From NCBI GenBank assembly GCA_038045265.1, contig JBBSYL010000010.1:582-64581 (forward strand): a stretch of DNA of 64,000 nt, read 5' to 3'. The notes under the pieces were generated by a model. That model saw only the letters and a list, made by a program, of their open reading frames with translations. It was not told where the DNA came from and ran no database searches. Of the stretch, positions 9,230 through 19,628 are shown in pieces. The translations under genes and the position numbers were made by a program. Source of the DNA: Nanobdellota archaeon. Lineage in GTDB: Archaea > Nanobdellota > Nanobdellia > Pacearchaeales > GW2011-AR1. The number at the start of each line of letters is the position of its first letter. The stretch's first letter is position 1.

Positions 9230-10285
9230 TTAAAGATTTGTATGGCCAATCTTTATCTCTTTCTCTATAGCGGAAAATACTTCTTTATTCGAGAAAGTGA
9301 ATTTTTTCAGATTTTTTTCATATAATGGAATTTTTGAAACGAATTTTCTAATAATCGATTTATCAATTTTACTTGAAGAGAGACCGAAATTAGCTTTTCC
9401 AACATAAAATGCGTTGACTTCCTGTTCTGTCTGCCCAGATAGGGGAATGCATAATACTGGCTTTTTTAAGTAAATTGATTCACTTAACGTGCTCATTCCT
9501 GCGTTAGAAACAACTGCTCTACTAGAAGCTAAATCTGCTGCAAAGTCTTCAGCGCTAAAATTCTTTATTTTTAGATACTTACTTGACTTCCTAGATAATT
9601 TTCCGTAAACTATGCACTTTTGCTTTGATTTTTCTAAAACTTCAAGAATAGAATCTCCGCCTAAACTTAGGTAAACTAGAAAATGATTGCCTGCCTTTTC
9701 CTTCTGTTTCTCAACTAATTTTCTTACTACGGGCGGAACGATAATAGCATTTTTACTTAAAATTTTTGGGTGAAAGAAACTTGTAATTATTTTCTTTCTT
9801 GGAAACGGACACATCAAATGCACTATCAGTTTGTATAGCGAAACTTCGGATAAATTTTTTATTTTTCCGGCAGATGTGTCTGTTACTATGTGCTGATTAT
9901 CAAAACTTATAACAGGAATTCTGAGAATAAGTCCAGAATATGCTGTCAAAGGTTCAAAATCTGTGATAATAACTTTTGGTCTGTTTAATATGCATGAAAT
10001 AATTACTTTTAAGAAAGACAATAAAATAAGTGGTGAAATAAGAAGATTATAAAGAAAGGTTTGAATGTATTTTATTTTCCCATCTCTTGTGATAAAAGAC
10101 AAATAATTTATGCTTTTTACTTCTCCAAATTTTTTAAGATAATCTTTTGCTTTCCCGCCTGTAAAAACAGATACATCGTGGTTCTTTTTTAGTTCTCTAA
10201 TCACCTCTGCACTTCTCATCGCATGGCCTAAACCTTCTCCATTTATGCCGTAAAATATTTTCATCCCCTGATGAAGAAAGAACAT
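9230..10285 (-). CDS. GT-B glycosyltransferase (MurG-like / MJ1255-type UDP-glycosyltransferase)
   Basis: N-terminal GINGEGLGHAMRS motif typical of MurG/GT1-like enzymes. The true start may be the internal Met at 10264. Confidence 0.55.
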   Translation of the reverse strand: MFFLHQGMKIFYGINGEGLGHAMRSAEVIRELKKNHDVSVFTGGKAKDYLKKFGEVKSINYLSFITRDGKIKYIQTFLYNLLISPLILLSFLKVIISCILNRPKVIITDFEPLTAYSGLILRIPVISFDNQHIVTDTSAGKIKNLSEVSLYKLIVHLMCPFPRKKIITSFFHPKILSKNAIIVPPVVRKLVEKQKEKAGNHFLVYLSLGGDSILEVLEKSKQKCIVYGKLSRKSSKYLKIKNFSAEDFAADLASSRAVVSNAGMSTLSESIYLKKPVLCIPLSGQTEQEVNAFYVGKANFGLSSSKIDKSIIRKFVSKIPLYEKNLKKFTFSNKEVFSAIEKEIKIGHTNL

Positions 10286-10317
10286 AATTTAAATATATTG
10301 TAAAACTAGCATGATAA

Positions 10318-12174
10318 ATGAAATTTAATCATCTAAATATTGCAATCTTAATCGGGCTGGCTCTTTCGCTGTGTACTGTTTTTGCTGTTACTTTAAGTGA
10401 TGCTTGGACAATAAGAAACATATATAACGTTTTTTACTTCGCATTTCTAAACCTCACCTTGCTTTCATTCAATGCATTTTTGTTTGGAAAGAAAAGAAGC
10501 TTCATACCAGAATCTGTGAGAAAGCCATTAAGGATTACTTTTATTCTTGCTTATTCTGCTATCTACCTCATAGCAACATTTACTTATGCCACAACAGGAC
10601 AAGTTCCTAGAATACAAACTTTGATTTTCTTATATGGCATAGGCCCAATTGTTGCATCTATTGCTGTACTGGTCTTTCTAGCTCTGTGTTTTGGGTTGCT
10701 TGTATTATTTATACATAAAAAGACCTCTCTAAAAGATATCAGGGGACATACTAGCAGAAAAATTAAACTTTTGCTTATAGCAAACATTATCTTACTCTTT
10801 CTGACCATTGTAGTAAACACGCAGTTTCTACAGATAAATATCCCCTTAGGAATATGGGAAAGAGAACTTGTTGCATATGATGAAGATAGACCTGTTTTGG
10901 AAGATTTATTTAATGCTAGTTTAAAAAATGAAAAATATAACGTCGTATTTATTCTACTTGAATCTGTATCTGCTGAAAGACTTGGAGTTTATGGATATGA
11001 TAGAAATGTTACGCCTTATATGGATTCTTTAGCACAAAAAGGATTGATTTTTGAAGAAGCATACTCTACTTCAACCCATTCAGATTATGCTCAACCTGGC
11101 CTTTTATCTTCTAGATATATATTTTCCAGCAATACAAGAACAGATTACTCTCTTGGCGGATCAGTAACAAATTATAAAGGAGATGCCCCAAGAAAATTTG
11201 TTTGGGATGTCTTCAAAGAAAATGGATATAAAACTGGATACTTCTCTTCTCAGGACGATAGATGGCAGGGGATGGATGATTATCTTAATTATAAAACCCT
11301 CGACTCTGCTTCTTATTCTCTTAGCGATGGAGAAACAGATTATGGAACGGGTTTTGGAAAAAAAGATTATGATCACAAAACTGCAGATAAGGCCATAAGC
11401 TGGATGAATAATGTTTCAAAAGAGAAATTCTTTGTTTATCTTAACTTTCAGGCAACCCATTATCCAAATGTTTATCCTGAAAATATTTCATTCTTCAAAC
11501 CTGACAGCAATCCTCCTTCCGTAGTAGTTAAGGCAGACGAAGAAGGCATAAATAGATTTGACAGCTCGTTGAAATATGTTGATGAGCAAGTTGGAAGAAT
11601 ATTAAAACACCTTGAGGAAAATGGATTACAAAATAAAACTGTGGTCGTTATCACTTCGGATCATGGACACGATCTTCTAAACAGACATAATGTACAAGGG
11701 CATGGAAACAGCATATATAATGAAGAATTATTAGTTCCAGCAATAGCATTTGTTCCAGGATACAAACATACAGTTATTAAAGAAAGAGTTAGCCAGATAG
11801 ACTTTGTTCCAACCCTTATAGATTTATTTGGATATCCTATGCCTTATGAATTCCAGGGAGAGATAATGAAAAAAGGAAGACCAATTTATTTTGTTGCCCA
11901 ATCTCATAAGTATTATATTGGTCTTGTAGATAAAGAGATAAAGATAATTCTTAACATGAACACTAAACAACTTGAAGCGTATAATTTAACAGATGATAGC
12001 AGAGAGATAAAAAATATAAGATCTGTTGCAAATAATGATAAAATATTAAAGCTTCTTTTATGGAGGCATTGTCAAATAGAATATTATAAAAAAGAAAAAT
12101 GGAAGGAAAATAAGCAAGATAGATGCAATATAAACAATAATTTTAAGATCAATCCAGAGTTCAGTAAAGCTTAA
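10318..12174 (+). CDS. membrane-anchored sulfatase/LtaS-like phosphotransferase (alkaline phosphatase superfamily)
   Basis: Five N-terminal TM helices, then a sulfatase-type domain (ESVSAERLGVYGYDRNVTPYMD, ITSDHGHDL). Confidence 0.75.
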   Translation: MKFNHLNIAILIGLALSLCTVFAVTLSDAWTIRNIYNVFYFAFLNLTLLSFNAFLFGKKRSFIPESVRKPLRITFILAYSAIYLIATFTYATTGQVPRIQTLIFLYGIGPIVASIAVLVFLALCFGLLVLFIHKKTSLKDIRGHTSRKIKLLLIANIILLFLTIVVNTQFLQINIPLGIWERELVAYDEDRPVLEDLFNASLKNEKYNVVFILLESVSAERLGVYGYDRNVTPYMDSLAQKGLIFEEAYSTSTHSDYAQPGLLSSRYIFSSNTRTDYSLGGSVTNYKGDAPRKFVWDVFKENGYKTGYFSSQDDRWQGMDDYLNYKTLDSASYSLSDGETDYGTGFGKKDYDHKTADKAISWMNNVSKEKFFVYLNFQATHYPNVYPENISFFKPDSNPPSVVVKADEEGINRFDSSLKYVDEQVGRILKHLEENGLQNKTVVVITSDHGHDLLNRHNVQGHGNSIYNEELLVPAIAFVPGYKHTVIKERVSQIDFVPTLIDLFGYPMPYEFQGEIMKKGRPIYFVAQSHKYYIGLVDKEIKIILNMNTKQLEAYNLTDDSREIKNIRSVANNDKILKLLLWRHCQIEYYKKEKWKENKQDRCNINNNFKINPEFSKA

Positions 12175-12227
12175 ATACGGCAAACACAAGAAAATTCCAA
12201 CAACACGAAGAGGTTTCTAAAAAGAAA

Positions 12228-12953
12228 ATGGATATGCCAACAGAAATGCAACATCAGGCCATGGGCTATGACAGAGCCGCGACAATGTTTTCTCCTGATG
12301 GACATTTATTACAAGTAGAATATGCTGAGAAAGCTGTAAAATCTGGCAGTTCAAGTATCGGCTTGGCGTGCAAAGATGGAGTAGTTATAGTAGCTGATAG
12401 AAGAATAAGAGACAATCTTGTTGCTCCTGAATCAATGAATAAGGTTTATGAAGTTGATGAACATATTGTTGCAAGCAGTGCTGGAATATTAAGTGATGCA
12501 AGAATATTGATAGAGCAGGCACAAATATTGGCGCAACAGAATAGAATAACTTTTGATTCTCCTATAGAACCAATTTCAATAATAAAGATGATTGCCGATA
12601 AGAAACAGATGTTTACGCAATATGGAGGAGTTAGGCCGTATGGTGTTGCAATAATAGTGGCAGGAGTACATAGAGGTAAATCTCATTTGTATGCTTCAGA
12701 TATGGTTGGTAATTATCTTGCTTATAGAGCTAATGCAATTGGAGAAAATGATGAAAAGGTAAAGGAAGCACTAAGAAAAGAGTTTAATGAAAATATGACA
12801 ATTGAGGATAGTATAAAACTATCGTTGAGAATATTCAAACAAGTGCTTGACAAGAACTTTGATATAAGCAGATTTGATGTTGGGTATATTAAGATAGGAG
12901 ATGCTAAGCTTGTTAGAATGCATGGCGATGAATTGAAGAGATTTGTTAAATGA
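12228..12953 (+). CDS. psmA: proteasome subunit alpha
   Basis: YDRAATMFSPDGHLLQVEYA signature. 241 aa. Confidence 0.95.
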   Translation: MDMPTEMQHQAMGYDRAATMFSPDGHLLQVEYAEKAVKSGSSSIGLACKDGVVIVADRRIRDNLVAPESMNKVYEVDEHIVASSAGILSDARILIEQAQILAQQNRITFDSPIEPISIIKMIADKKQMFTQYGGVRPYGVAIIVAGVHRGKSHLYASDMVGNYLAYRANAIGENDEKVKEALRKEFNENMTIEDSIKLSLRIFKQVLDKNFDISRFDVGYIKIGDAKLVRMHGDELKRFVK

Positions 12954-12980
12954 AAATTTATTAGTTAATAATATAAATAG

Positions 12981-13769
12981 TTGCTTCTTTATTCTTTCAT
13001 GTATCATAAACTTACTGCTGAAGATATAAAAAAAGAGTTGGGTTTGCCTAAAAATTATAAAGTAGATGCATTTGCAATATATGGCGGGGGGGATGCTAAG
13101 AGATATAAAAGAAAGTTCTTGAGCGCTTTGGGAGATTTAAATTACAAAATAGAAAAATTACCAAATTCATTTATTAGAGAAATTTTAAGCATAAGGGTTA
13201 AAAATAAAAGAATATGGTTCGCGGTGGAATATGGTGGCGCTAGGCTCTCTGAGTATATTCACTTTGCTTCTATTTTTGGATCAAAGAAAAATATCTTAGT
13301 TGGAAAATGCGGTGGACTTCAGAAAAGCCAAACAGTTTTTGGGGTAATAGTTCCGGATTCCTCTTATTCTACTGAAAGTAGTTGTCATATGTATTTAAGA
13401 CAAAAACAAGATAATCTTTTTGAATCAGATAAAACGCTATCTGAAAGAATATTCCATAGAATGAAAAAAGAAGGGATAAAAGTCTACAGAGGGAAAACTA
13501 TTACCTGTCAAGCAATGATGGCTGAAACTTGGGAAGATGTTTTGTCTTGGAGTAGGCAAGGATTTCTAGGTGTTGAAATGGAGGCTGCCACTTTGTTTGC
13601 AGTATCGAACCATTTTAAAGTACCCGCCACCGCGATTCTCCAAATAGCAGACAATTTAATAGAAAAAGAAATAGTAAGCAGTAAAAGTTATTTGAAGAAA
13701 AAAGCCAAATTAAATCATCTTAGAAAATTTTTCCTGAAAGTTGTTTTAGATGAAATATTTAATATTTAA
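12981..13769 (+). CDS. purine nucleoside / MTA phosphorylase (PNP_UDP_1 family, DeoD-like)
   Basis: GVEMEAATLFAVSNHFKVPATAILQIADN matches the DeoD-type motif. 262 aa. Confidence 0.7.
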   Translation: MLLYSFMYHKLTAEDIKKELGLPKNYKVDAFAIYGGGDAKRYKRKFLSALGDLNYKIEKLPNSFIREILSIRVKNKRIWFAVEYGGARLSEYIHFASIFGSKKNILVGKCGGLQKSQTVFGVIVPDSSYSTESSCHMYLRQKQDNLFESDKTLSERIFHRMKKEGIKVYRGKTITCQAMMAETWEDVLSWSRQGFLGVEMEAATLFAVSNHFKVPATAILQIADNLIEKEIVSSKSYLKKKAKLNHLRKFFLKVVLDEIFNI

Positions 13770-14191
13770 GGCAGTTTAAACAATTTCCTGAAGATTATGC
13801 TTCCAACTATTGAAAATCCAATATACCACCACATCCAGACAGGGAAGAAAAATTTAACTGTCTCTAAAGGTGTATCTGTAAACGCTTTCTTCATAAATCC
13901 GAATAATAAAATTATTGGAAGGAAAGTTATTAGCATGGGTTTTAGAGAATGTTTCATCATCTCGCTAGCTAAGGGGAGCATTTCTTTATTCAATTCTAGA
14001 GCTTTTTCGTGTCTTCCTGCCTGTTGATGTTCTTTTATCTGCAGTTGAATCGCCTTTTGCTTTTCTTTTATGGCTCTCATTTTATCTTTATCAAGAACAA
14101 AATAGTTTATGAGAGAAATGAAAAATGAAATAAGTAAGGCAAATCCTATTATGCTCAAATAGGGATAACTCTGAATTAATTCATATACCAT
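13766..14191 (-). CDS. DUF106/EMC3-Oxa1-like membrane protein
   Basis: Small multi-TM protein in the conserved archaeal position downstream of secY. Family call is inference from position and hydropathy. Confidence 0.45.
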   Translation of the reverse strand: MVYELIQSYPYLSIIGFALLISFFISLINYFVLDKDKMRAIKEKQKAIQLQIKEHQQAGRHEKALELNKEMLPLASEMMKHSLKPMLITFLPIILLFGFMKKAFTDTPLETVKFFFPVWMWWYIGFSIVGSIIFRKLFKLP

Positions 14192-14240
14192 ATTGTGTGA
14201 AAGGAATAGATGTTTTTAAAGGCTATGAATTTAAATAAAA

Positions 14241-14723
14241 TTATTCATGATAGATTCTAATTAATTGAAAAGTCCCCGACTCACTCATATCTTTAAATGT
14301 ATCAACAGGTACTCTCCATTCCCCCTCATATTTTGTGCCTGCATCTGTTGATTTTCCAAAGTAATGGATTGGAGATCTATTAATTATAAAGGAATACATC
14401 TTTTCTGAATATACTTTGCAAAAGTTTATATGCTCGGGTCTTATAACTCCATTTCTTATCTCACCTATACAACCTATCTCGAAAATCAATCCTTCCAGGA
14501 TACCTTCTTTCAATTTTCTAAGAGACTCTGCATCCTGTGCAATCACGAATGGAGTTTGACTTTTTAATTCTGGTTCTGCCTTTCTGCCTTGAAAATATAA
14601 ACCTTCAAATGATACTGTTAACCCTCTGGCTTTTGCATTCCTTCTAGCTAATTCTAAAAAATAATTTTGTGCACTTTCAGAATTAATTTCTGCTACAAGC
14701 CTACGATGGGCCTCATCAATCAT
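14241..14723 (-). CDS. hypothetical protein occupying the adenylate kinase slot after secY
   Basis: 160 aa, no P-loop, no recognisable family. Positioned where adk normally sits. Confidence 0.35.
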   Translation of the reverse strand: MIDEAHRRLVAEINSESAQNYFLELARRNAKARGLTVSFEGLYFQGRKAEPELKSQTPFVIAQDAESLRKLKEGILEGLIFEIGCIGEIRNGVIRPEHINFCKVYSEKMYSFIINRSPIHYFGKSTDAGTKYEGEWRVPVDTFKDMSESGTFQLIRIYHE

Positions 14724-14775
14724 GAAAGTTAGTGTTAATTATTTACTTTTAAGTATTATTGTGATTAAAGAAGAT

Positions 14776-16176
14776 TTATCCCATGAATCTTCTTAATGCG
14801 GGATGCATGTCTACTGCGTGCTGATGAGCTATATTTTGATACATCTGGTAGGCAATCATTACTGCGAGAAGAATAGCTGTTCCAGAGGTTATGGCGCCTA
14901 GAATATCTGTTAATGCCGCTAGAACTCCAATAGCAAGACCGCCCATTATTGTTAGTGGCATAACATATCTAGATAGAACTGATTCAAGAACTCTTTCATC
15001 TTTTCTGAATCCTGGAATTTGAAGACCTGAATTGATTATCTTTTTTGCTTGGCCTGCTGCATCTGTGCCAGAAGTTTTAACCCAAAATACAGCAAATAAA
15101 GCTGAGAAAATCATATAGAAGAGTAATTGAGAAATAACTTGGACTACTTGAATACCTTGTATGCTTCCACGAATTACTGCCTGAAGAAGGTTAACACTTG
15201 TTCCACTACCCCCTATCCAGAATGCAAGACCAGAAGTTGGAACTCCTTGTGAAAATGCGCCCATAAATGTTGGATGACCAAGCCAATTCTGAAGAAGGCT
15301 TCCGAATAAAGAAACATTTGCTGCAAGAGCTGCAACCAATATAACTGGGATAGTTGAAGCATATATAAATTGCAAAGGCCATTTGACATTATATCCTCGT
15401 AATCTATCATAACTTAAAGGAATTTCAACTTTCAAACTTTGTGCCCAAACTACTAAGAGAAATATTCCTATTGTGACAAGAATTGTGAGCAATGCAAATA
15501 TTAACTCTGTTGGGGCTCCATTTATCAGTGATTGAATTATCACAAAAAATCTACCCGTACATGGATTTCCGTCAGCAAGACAGATAGAGACTGAGCCATT
15601 TTGAATATCCATAAATTGGAAGAATCCTGTGAAGACGCTTCTTGCAACTCCTGCAAGGATAAATAGGGAAACTCCTGAACCAAATCCCCATTTCTGAGTT
15701 ATTTCGTCCATATACATTATTGCTATGCCTCCAAGGATGAGCTGGAAAATAACTACTCCTGCATAGCCGGAAACTGCCTGTATTCCACCCATTAATACGA
15801 AAACTACTGATTCAAATAAAATAAAAAATAGAACTCCTATTTTTTGAATTCCTTGAAAAAGCTTTTTTCCTTCTTCAGTATGAGTATTTAGATTGAGGAT
15901 TCCTGAACCAACAAGCAATTGAAGAATGATAGATGAAGTGACGATAGGACCAATACCCAAACTGATGATGCTTCCAAAATCTGTAGCAAGAATGAGCTGG
16001 AGAAATTCGAATCTTTCAAGAAATCCGGCAGTTACTCCATAAAGTCTGACATTGGCAAGGATGAAAAAAGTAGTTAGAACGATTAGTGTCCACTTCAACT
16101 TCTCATTGAAACTGACTTTCTTTTCTACTGGGTGCTTTACCTCTGGAATATTATACAAGATGTCCTGTAATGCCAT
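14776..16176 (-). CDS. secY: preprotein translocase subunit SecY
   Basis: 466 aa, 10-TM pattern. Last gene of the ribosomal spc-like cluster after L15. Confidence 0.95.
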   Translation of the reverse strand: MALQDILYNIPEVKHPVEKKVSFNEKLKWTLIVLTTFFILANVRLYGVTAGFLERFEFLQLILATDFGSIISLGIGPIVTSSIILQLLVGSGILNLNTHTEEGKKLFQGIQKIGVLFFILFESVVFVLMGGIQAVSGYAGVVIFQLILGGIAIMYMDEITQKWGFGSGVSLFILAGVARSVFTGFFQFMDIQNGSVSICLADGNPCTGRFFVIIQSLINGAPTELIFALLTILVTIGIFLLVVWAQSLKVEIPLSYDRLRGYNVKWPLQFIYASTIPVILVAALAANVSLFGSLLQNWLGHPTFMGAFSQGVPTSGLAFWIGGSGTSVNLLQAVIRGSIQGIQVVQVISQLLFYMIFSALFAVFWVKTSGTDAAGQAKKIINSGLQIPGFRKDERVLESVLSRYVMPLTIMGGLAIGVLAALTDILGAITSGTAILLAVMIAYQMYQNIAHQHAVDMHPALRRFMG

Positions 16177-16206
16177 TTTGATGAGTAAGAAAAGAAGTTT
16201 TTAAAG

Positions 16207-16635
16207 TTAAGCTTGTGATTCTGGACTCTCAATTATAATCTCGCTTCCTGAAGATTTTATCTTATCCAGTGCAGAAGAAGAGACTGCAGATGCATTTATT
16301 TTTATCTTTGACTTAAGTTCTCCAGTTCCTAATATTTTATAACCTTTCAAATTTACTTCTTTAAGTCCTTTTGAAGAATAATTGTCCTCTATATCTCTAA
16401 GATTTATTGATTTAAGTTTTTTAGGAACGGTTCCACGCCTTAATGTTCTGCTTTTTCCGAAATATTTCTTATCCATATTCAAGATAAGTGTCTTTCTCTG
16501 ATCCGCTCTCTTTCCTGTGCCTGCCATCCCTTTTCCTCCACGATTACCTGAACCTCTAGTTCTTTCCTTTGCGCCTCTAAAAGCTGTTTGATGTGCGTGT
16601 CTTCTTCCCGACTTTCTTCTCTTTTTTACTTTCAT
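16207..16635 (-). CDS. rpl15: 50S ribosomal protein L15 (uL15)
   Basis: Gly/Arg-rich N-terminus GRGGKGMAGTGKR. Position between L30 and secY. Confidence 0.85.
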   Translation of the reverse strand: MKVKKRRKSGRRHAHQTAFRGAKERTRGSGNRGGKGMAGTGKRADQRKTLILNMDKKYFGKSRTLRRGTVPKKLKSINLRDIEDNYSSKGLKEVNLKGYKILGTGELKSKIKINASAVSSSALDKIKSSGSEIIIESPESQA

Positions 16636-17048
16636 AGCATTCTCTCCAATAATTTAAAGATCTTGTCTTTGTGATCACCTAAAACTCCTCTTTTTGTTCC
16701 GAAGTGAAGTTTAGAATCTATTCCAGACCTCGGAGGATGCAATCTGAAAAATGGCTTTATGGATAATTCATCTACCTTTCCTGTTTTCAACTCCTGAATA
16801 ACTTTTTTCGCATCTACTTTCTTTTTATCTTTAGCAATTCCTCTTGCCGAAATTAGCTTTTCAATCTGCTCTTCCGTTAACTTTCCAAAAGCGACAAAAT
16901 TTCTTAAATGGTTTAAAATGTCTAAATTTTCCTTTGTCTCCTTAAGAAGGACAGCAGAATATTTTCTTCTGAGTCTTATTCTCGACAGAGATTCCTCTAC
17001 CCTGCCCCATATATCCACATTGCCTGCAATTCTTATTACTATTATCAT
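16632..17048 (-). CDS. rpl30: 50S ribosomal protein L30 (uL30)
   Basis: Position after S5. Archaeal uL30-like sequence. Confidence 0.8.
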   Translation of the reverse strand: MIIVIRIAGNVDIWGRVEESLSRIRLRRKYSAVLLKETKENLDILNHLRNFVAFGKLTEEQIEKLISARGIAKDKKKVDAKKVIQELKTGKVDELSIKPFFRLHPPRSGIDSKLHFGTKRGVLGDHKDKIFKLLERML

Positions 17049-17848
17049 ATTTCCATTAAGTTTGTTTTATTTAGTGCGTCCATACATGCTCTTGCCAAGT
17101 TAAATGTTGTCCTGACATTACCTGAAGATTTACTGTAAACATCTTTTACTCCTGCGAGTCTTAAAATCTTTTTACACTGATCTCCTGCAACTAATCCTGT
17201 TCCCCTCGGTGCAGGTATGAACTTTATTTTCACAGAGCCGCACTTCCCTTCGACGACAAATGGAACAGTATGCGGTTCGTGTTTTCCTTCTTCCTGAGAT
17301 TCATAACCTAGAGTTATCTTTTGAAGATCTAATTTGGCTTTTCTTACTGCTTTTGCCCTAGCTGGAAGAGTTTCTTTTGCTTTTCCAAAACCAAGCCCAA
17401 CGCGGCCTTTCTTATCTCCCACTACAGCCATACATGAAAAGGTAACAACATTTCCTTCTTTTGTTTTCTTTTGAGTCTGTCTCCAGGCTCTTCTCTTTCC
17501 TCCGCCGAATTTTCCTTTCGCTTGACCTATTAAGAGAAGATCAAATTCGAGATTTATTAGTGTGTCTATAACTTCCGGCTCGAGGATTTTTCTCTTTGCT
17601 GAAAGCAATTTATCTAAATCTTTCTCTTTTCCATGTTTGACAAGTTTTCCTAGAGCAGTTTTAGGAACCCATTCCTCAAGAGATCTCCTCCTATCTTCTT
17701 TTTCCTTCTGCTCAATCCTTTCCTGTCTGGACAATCTAACTTCTTTCACTTCCTCAGAATCCTGATCTTGAATTTCCAGCTTCGCAACTTCTTCAGGTAC
17801 GGGTTCAATAAGGTCTTTTGGTTGGTTTCTTGTTTCTTTTTCAGCCAT
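17045..17848 (-). CDS. rps5: 30S ribosomal protein S5 (uS5) with acidic/K-E N-terminal extension
   Basis: EEWVPKTALGKLV and VVGDKKGRVGLGFGKAKE match uS5. Confidence 0.9.
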   Translation of the reverse strand: MAEKETRNQPKDLIEPVPEEVAKLEIQDQDSEEVKEVRLSRQERIEQKEKEDRRRSLEEWVPKTALGKLVKHGKEKDLDKLLSAKRKILEPEVIDTLINLEFDLLLIGQAKGKFGGGKRRAWRQTQKKTKEGNVVTFSCMAVVGDKKGRVGLGFGKAKETLPARAKAVRKAKLDLQKITLGYESQEEGKHEPHTVPFVVEGKCGSVKIKFIPAPRGTGLVAGDQCKKILRLAGVKDVYSKSSGNVRTTFNLARACMDALNKTNLMEI

Positions 17849-18326
17849 TTTGTATTTTCTGCTTTACTTTAGTAAAGACTTCTCCTCCTTTGCCCTTTTT
17901 AGATATTTCCTCCAATGATGGAAGTATTTCTTCTGAATGGGGGATAGAGATTCCTGCATCTAAAATTCCCTTAAGAAGTGCGTAGATTCTTGACTTTTCT
18001 ATATTTCTGTACAAACCAATATCTAGCACAGCAAATTTTACTTTTGATTTTGCAACATTACCCAGCATCAAACCTGTAAGGTAAGATGCTTGAATGCTCT
18101 TAAGGCTTCCAGATAAATCTACAGGCCATCCTTTCGAAAGAAGGGCTTTTGAAGTTAAACCATACAAAACTTTGTCCTGTGCTCCTTCACTTTCAATTAT
18201 CTGCGCAAGCATATACTGATTCGACTTTCTTATTACTAATCTGGGTTTTCCAGACTTAAGAAGATTTAATCTAAGACGATAATCTGTCTTTCCTTCTTTT
18301 CTTCTTCTTTTTAAAGTTCTAGACAT
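17841..18326 (-). CDS. rpl18: 50S ribosomal protein L18 (uL18)
   Basis: RRRKEGKTDYRLRLNLLKSGKPRLVIRKSN signature. Confidence 0.85.
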   Translation of the reverse strand: MSRTLKRRRKEGKTDYRLRLNLLKSGKPRLVIRKSNQYMLAQIIESEGAQDKVLYGLTSKALLSKGWPVDLSGSLKSIQASYLTGLMLGNVAKSKVKFAVLDIGLYRNIEKSRIYALLKGILDAGISIPHSEEILPSLEEISKKGKGGEVFTKVKQKIQNG

Positions 18327-18765
18327 TTTGACCTCCAGAGAGAGCTTGAATTCTTTCTTTAAGATGTGCTTTGCTTCTGAACATACTTGCTCTTATCTCT
18401 TTTCTTATCTGCCAGTAGAGTTCTGGCGCCATCTTTTTTCTAAATTTCAATTCCATAATATAACCTCTCAATTTTCTTGTCAACTTGATATAATTTGCTT
18501 TACTATTTTTTACCTTCTTCTTAATACTTCCTAGCCCTCTTCTTGTTTTTCTCCTCACTATTGTCTTTCTACCATTAACTTCTTTGATTAAAATTGCCTT
18601 GTCCGCAAGCAAATCTCTTATATCTTGTTTAGTTATGGCCTCTTTTATGTCTGAAAGCCTTTCTATATTGAATACTATTCTTGAAACTCCCACATGGAGT
18701 GTTTTTGCTGCAAGCATCTTTTTCTTATTAAGTTGCATCTTTTTGCCTCCTGACTCTTGGCTCAA
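18319..18765 (-). CDS. rpl19e: 50S ribosomal protein L19e
   Basis: KKMLAAKTLHVGVSRI signature and conserved position. Confidence 0.85.
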   Translation of the reverse strand: MSQESGGKKMQLNKKKMLAAKTLHVGVSRIVFNIERLSDIKEAITKQDIRDLLADKAILIKEVNGRKTIVRRKTRRGLGSIKKKVKNSKANYIKLTRKLRGYIMELKFRKKMAPELYWQIRKEIRASMFRSKAHLKERIQALSGGQNV

Positions 18766-19087
18766 GTACTTTAAGTTTTAATTCAAGAGCCTTCTTCAAA
18801 ACATCTATTTTTTTCTTCGCCCCGATTTTCGCTATAACTACAATTGAATCTTTCCCAACACTCTGCAAATCATTTACATTATAAACTAAGACTGGATTAA
18901 GGCCAAGAATCTTTCCTCTAACATTTTTCATCTTTCTAAAACCAAGTGAAGGTTGTACTGGATAGCTAAACCTTTTTCTTCTTATTTTATTATGTCTTCC
19001 TCGAGGTTTTCTCCACTTCTGAAGTTTTTTTCTTCCTCTGCCTATTCTTGAATATCTTGTTGTGTCTTGTCTGACGAATTTACGCAT
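18728..19087 (-). CDS. rpl32e: 50S ribosomal protein L32e
   Basis: RIGRGRKKLQKWRKPRGRHNK signature. Confidence 0.85.
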   Translation of the reverse strand: MRKFVRQDTTRYSRIGRGRKKLQKWRKPRGRHNKIRRKRFSYPVQPSLGFRKMKNVRGKILGLNPVLVYNVNDLQSVGKDSIVVIAKIGAKKKIDVLKKALELKLKVLEPRVRRQKDAT

Positions 19088-19628
19088 TTGAGTCTCCTCC
19101 GGCTTTTTCTGTTATGTATATACCATCTTGAAATATTCTTCTATCTCTGTTTTTCACCTTTGTTGCTCTTTCTATATTTGCTGCTGACAATCCTGCTGCT
19201 TCCTTATCTCTTGACCGTAGAATAATTTTTGTTCCTTTGATTTCTGTTTTAACTCCTGCAAAGATTTTTGCTTTTCTTGATGTTTTCTCACCCAAGAAAT
19301 TGTTTATTATGAGACTTTCTCCCTCTAACTTCAGAGTCATAGGAAAATGAACATTGCATGCTTCCAAAGTGTAGACATATTCTCTATCCAATCCTTTGAA
19401 GAGGTTCTTAAGATGTGCAACTAATGAGATTATATTTTTGTAAATATTTTTATTTCCTCTTTCTGCAGAAAGAATTATTTCTGATCCTTTGATCTCTATT
19501 TTAATTCCTGGAATGTTAACACTCTTTGAAAGAGAATTTGAACTCTTTGTACAGACAATAGAATTATCTTTCAACTCGCATACTACTCCAGAAGGAATAT
19601 CTAACTTTTCTTCTAATTTCTTTCTCAT
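19080..19628 (-). CDS. rpl6: 50S ribosomal protein L6 (uL6)
   Basis: Two-domain uL6 pattern. Position between S8 and L32e. Confidence 0.85.
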   Translation of the reverse strand: MRKKLEEKLDIPSGVVCELKDNSIVCTKSSNSLSKSVNIPGIKIEIKGSEIILSAERGNKNIYKNIISLVAHLKNLFKGLDREYVYTLEACNVHFPMTLKLEGESLIINNFLGEKTSRKAKIFAGVKTEIKGTKIILRSRDKEAAGLSAANIERATKVKNRDRRIFQDGIYITEKAGGDSNA

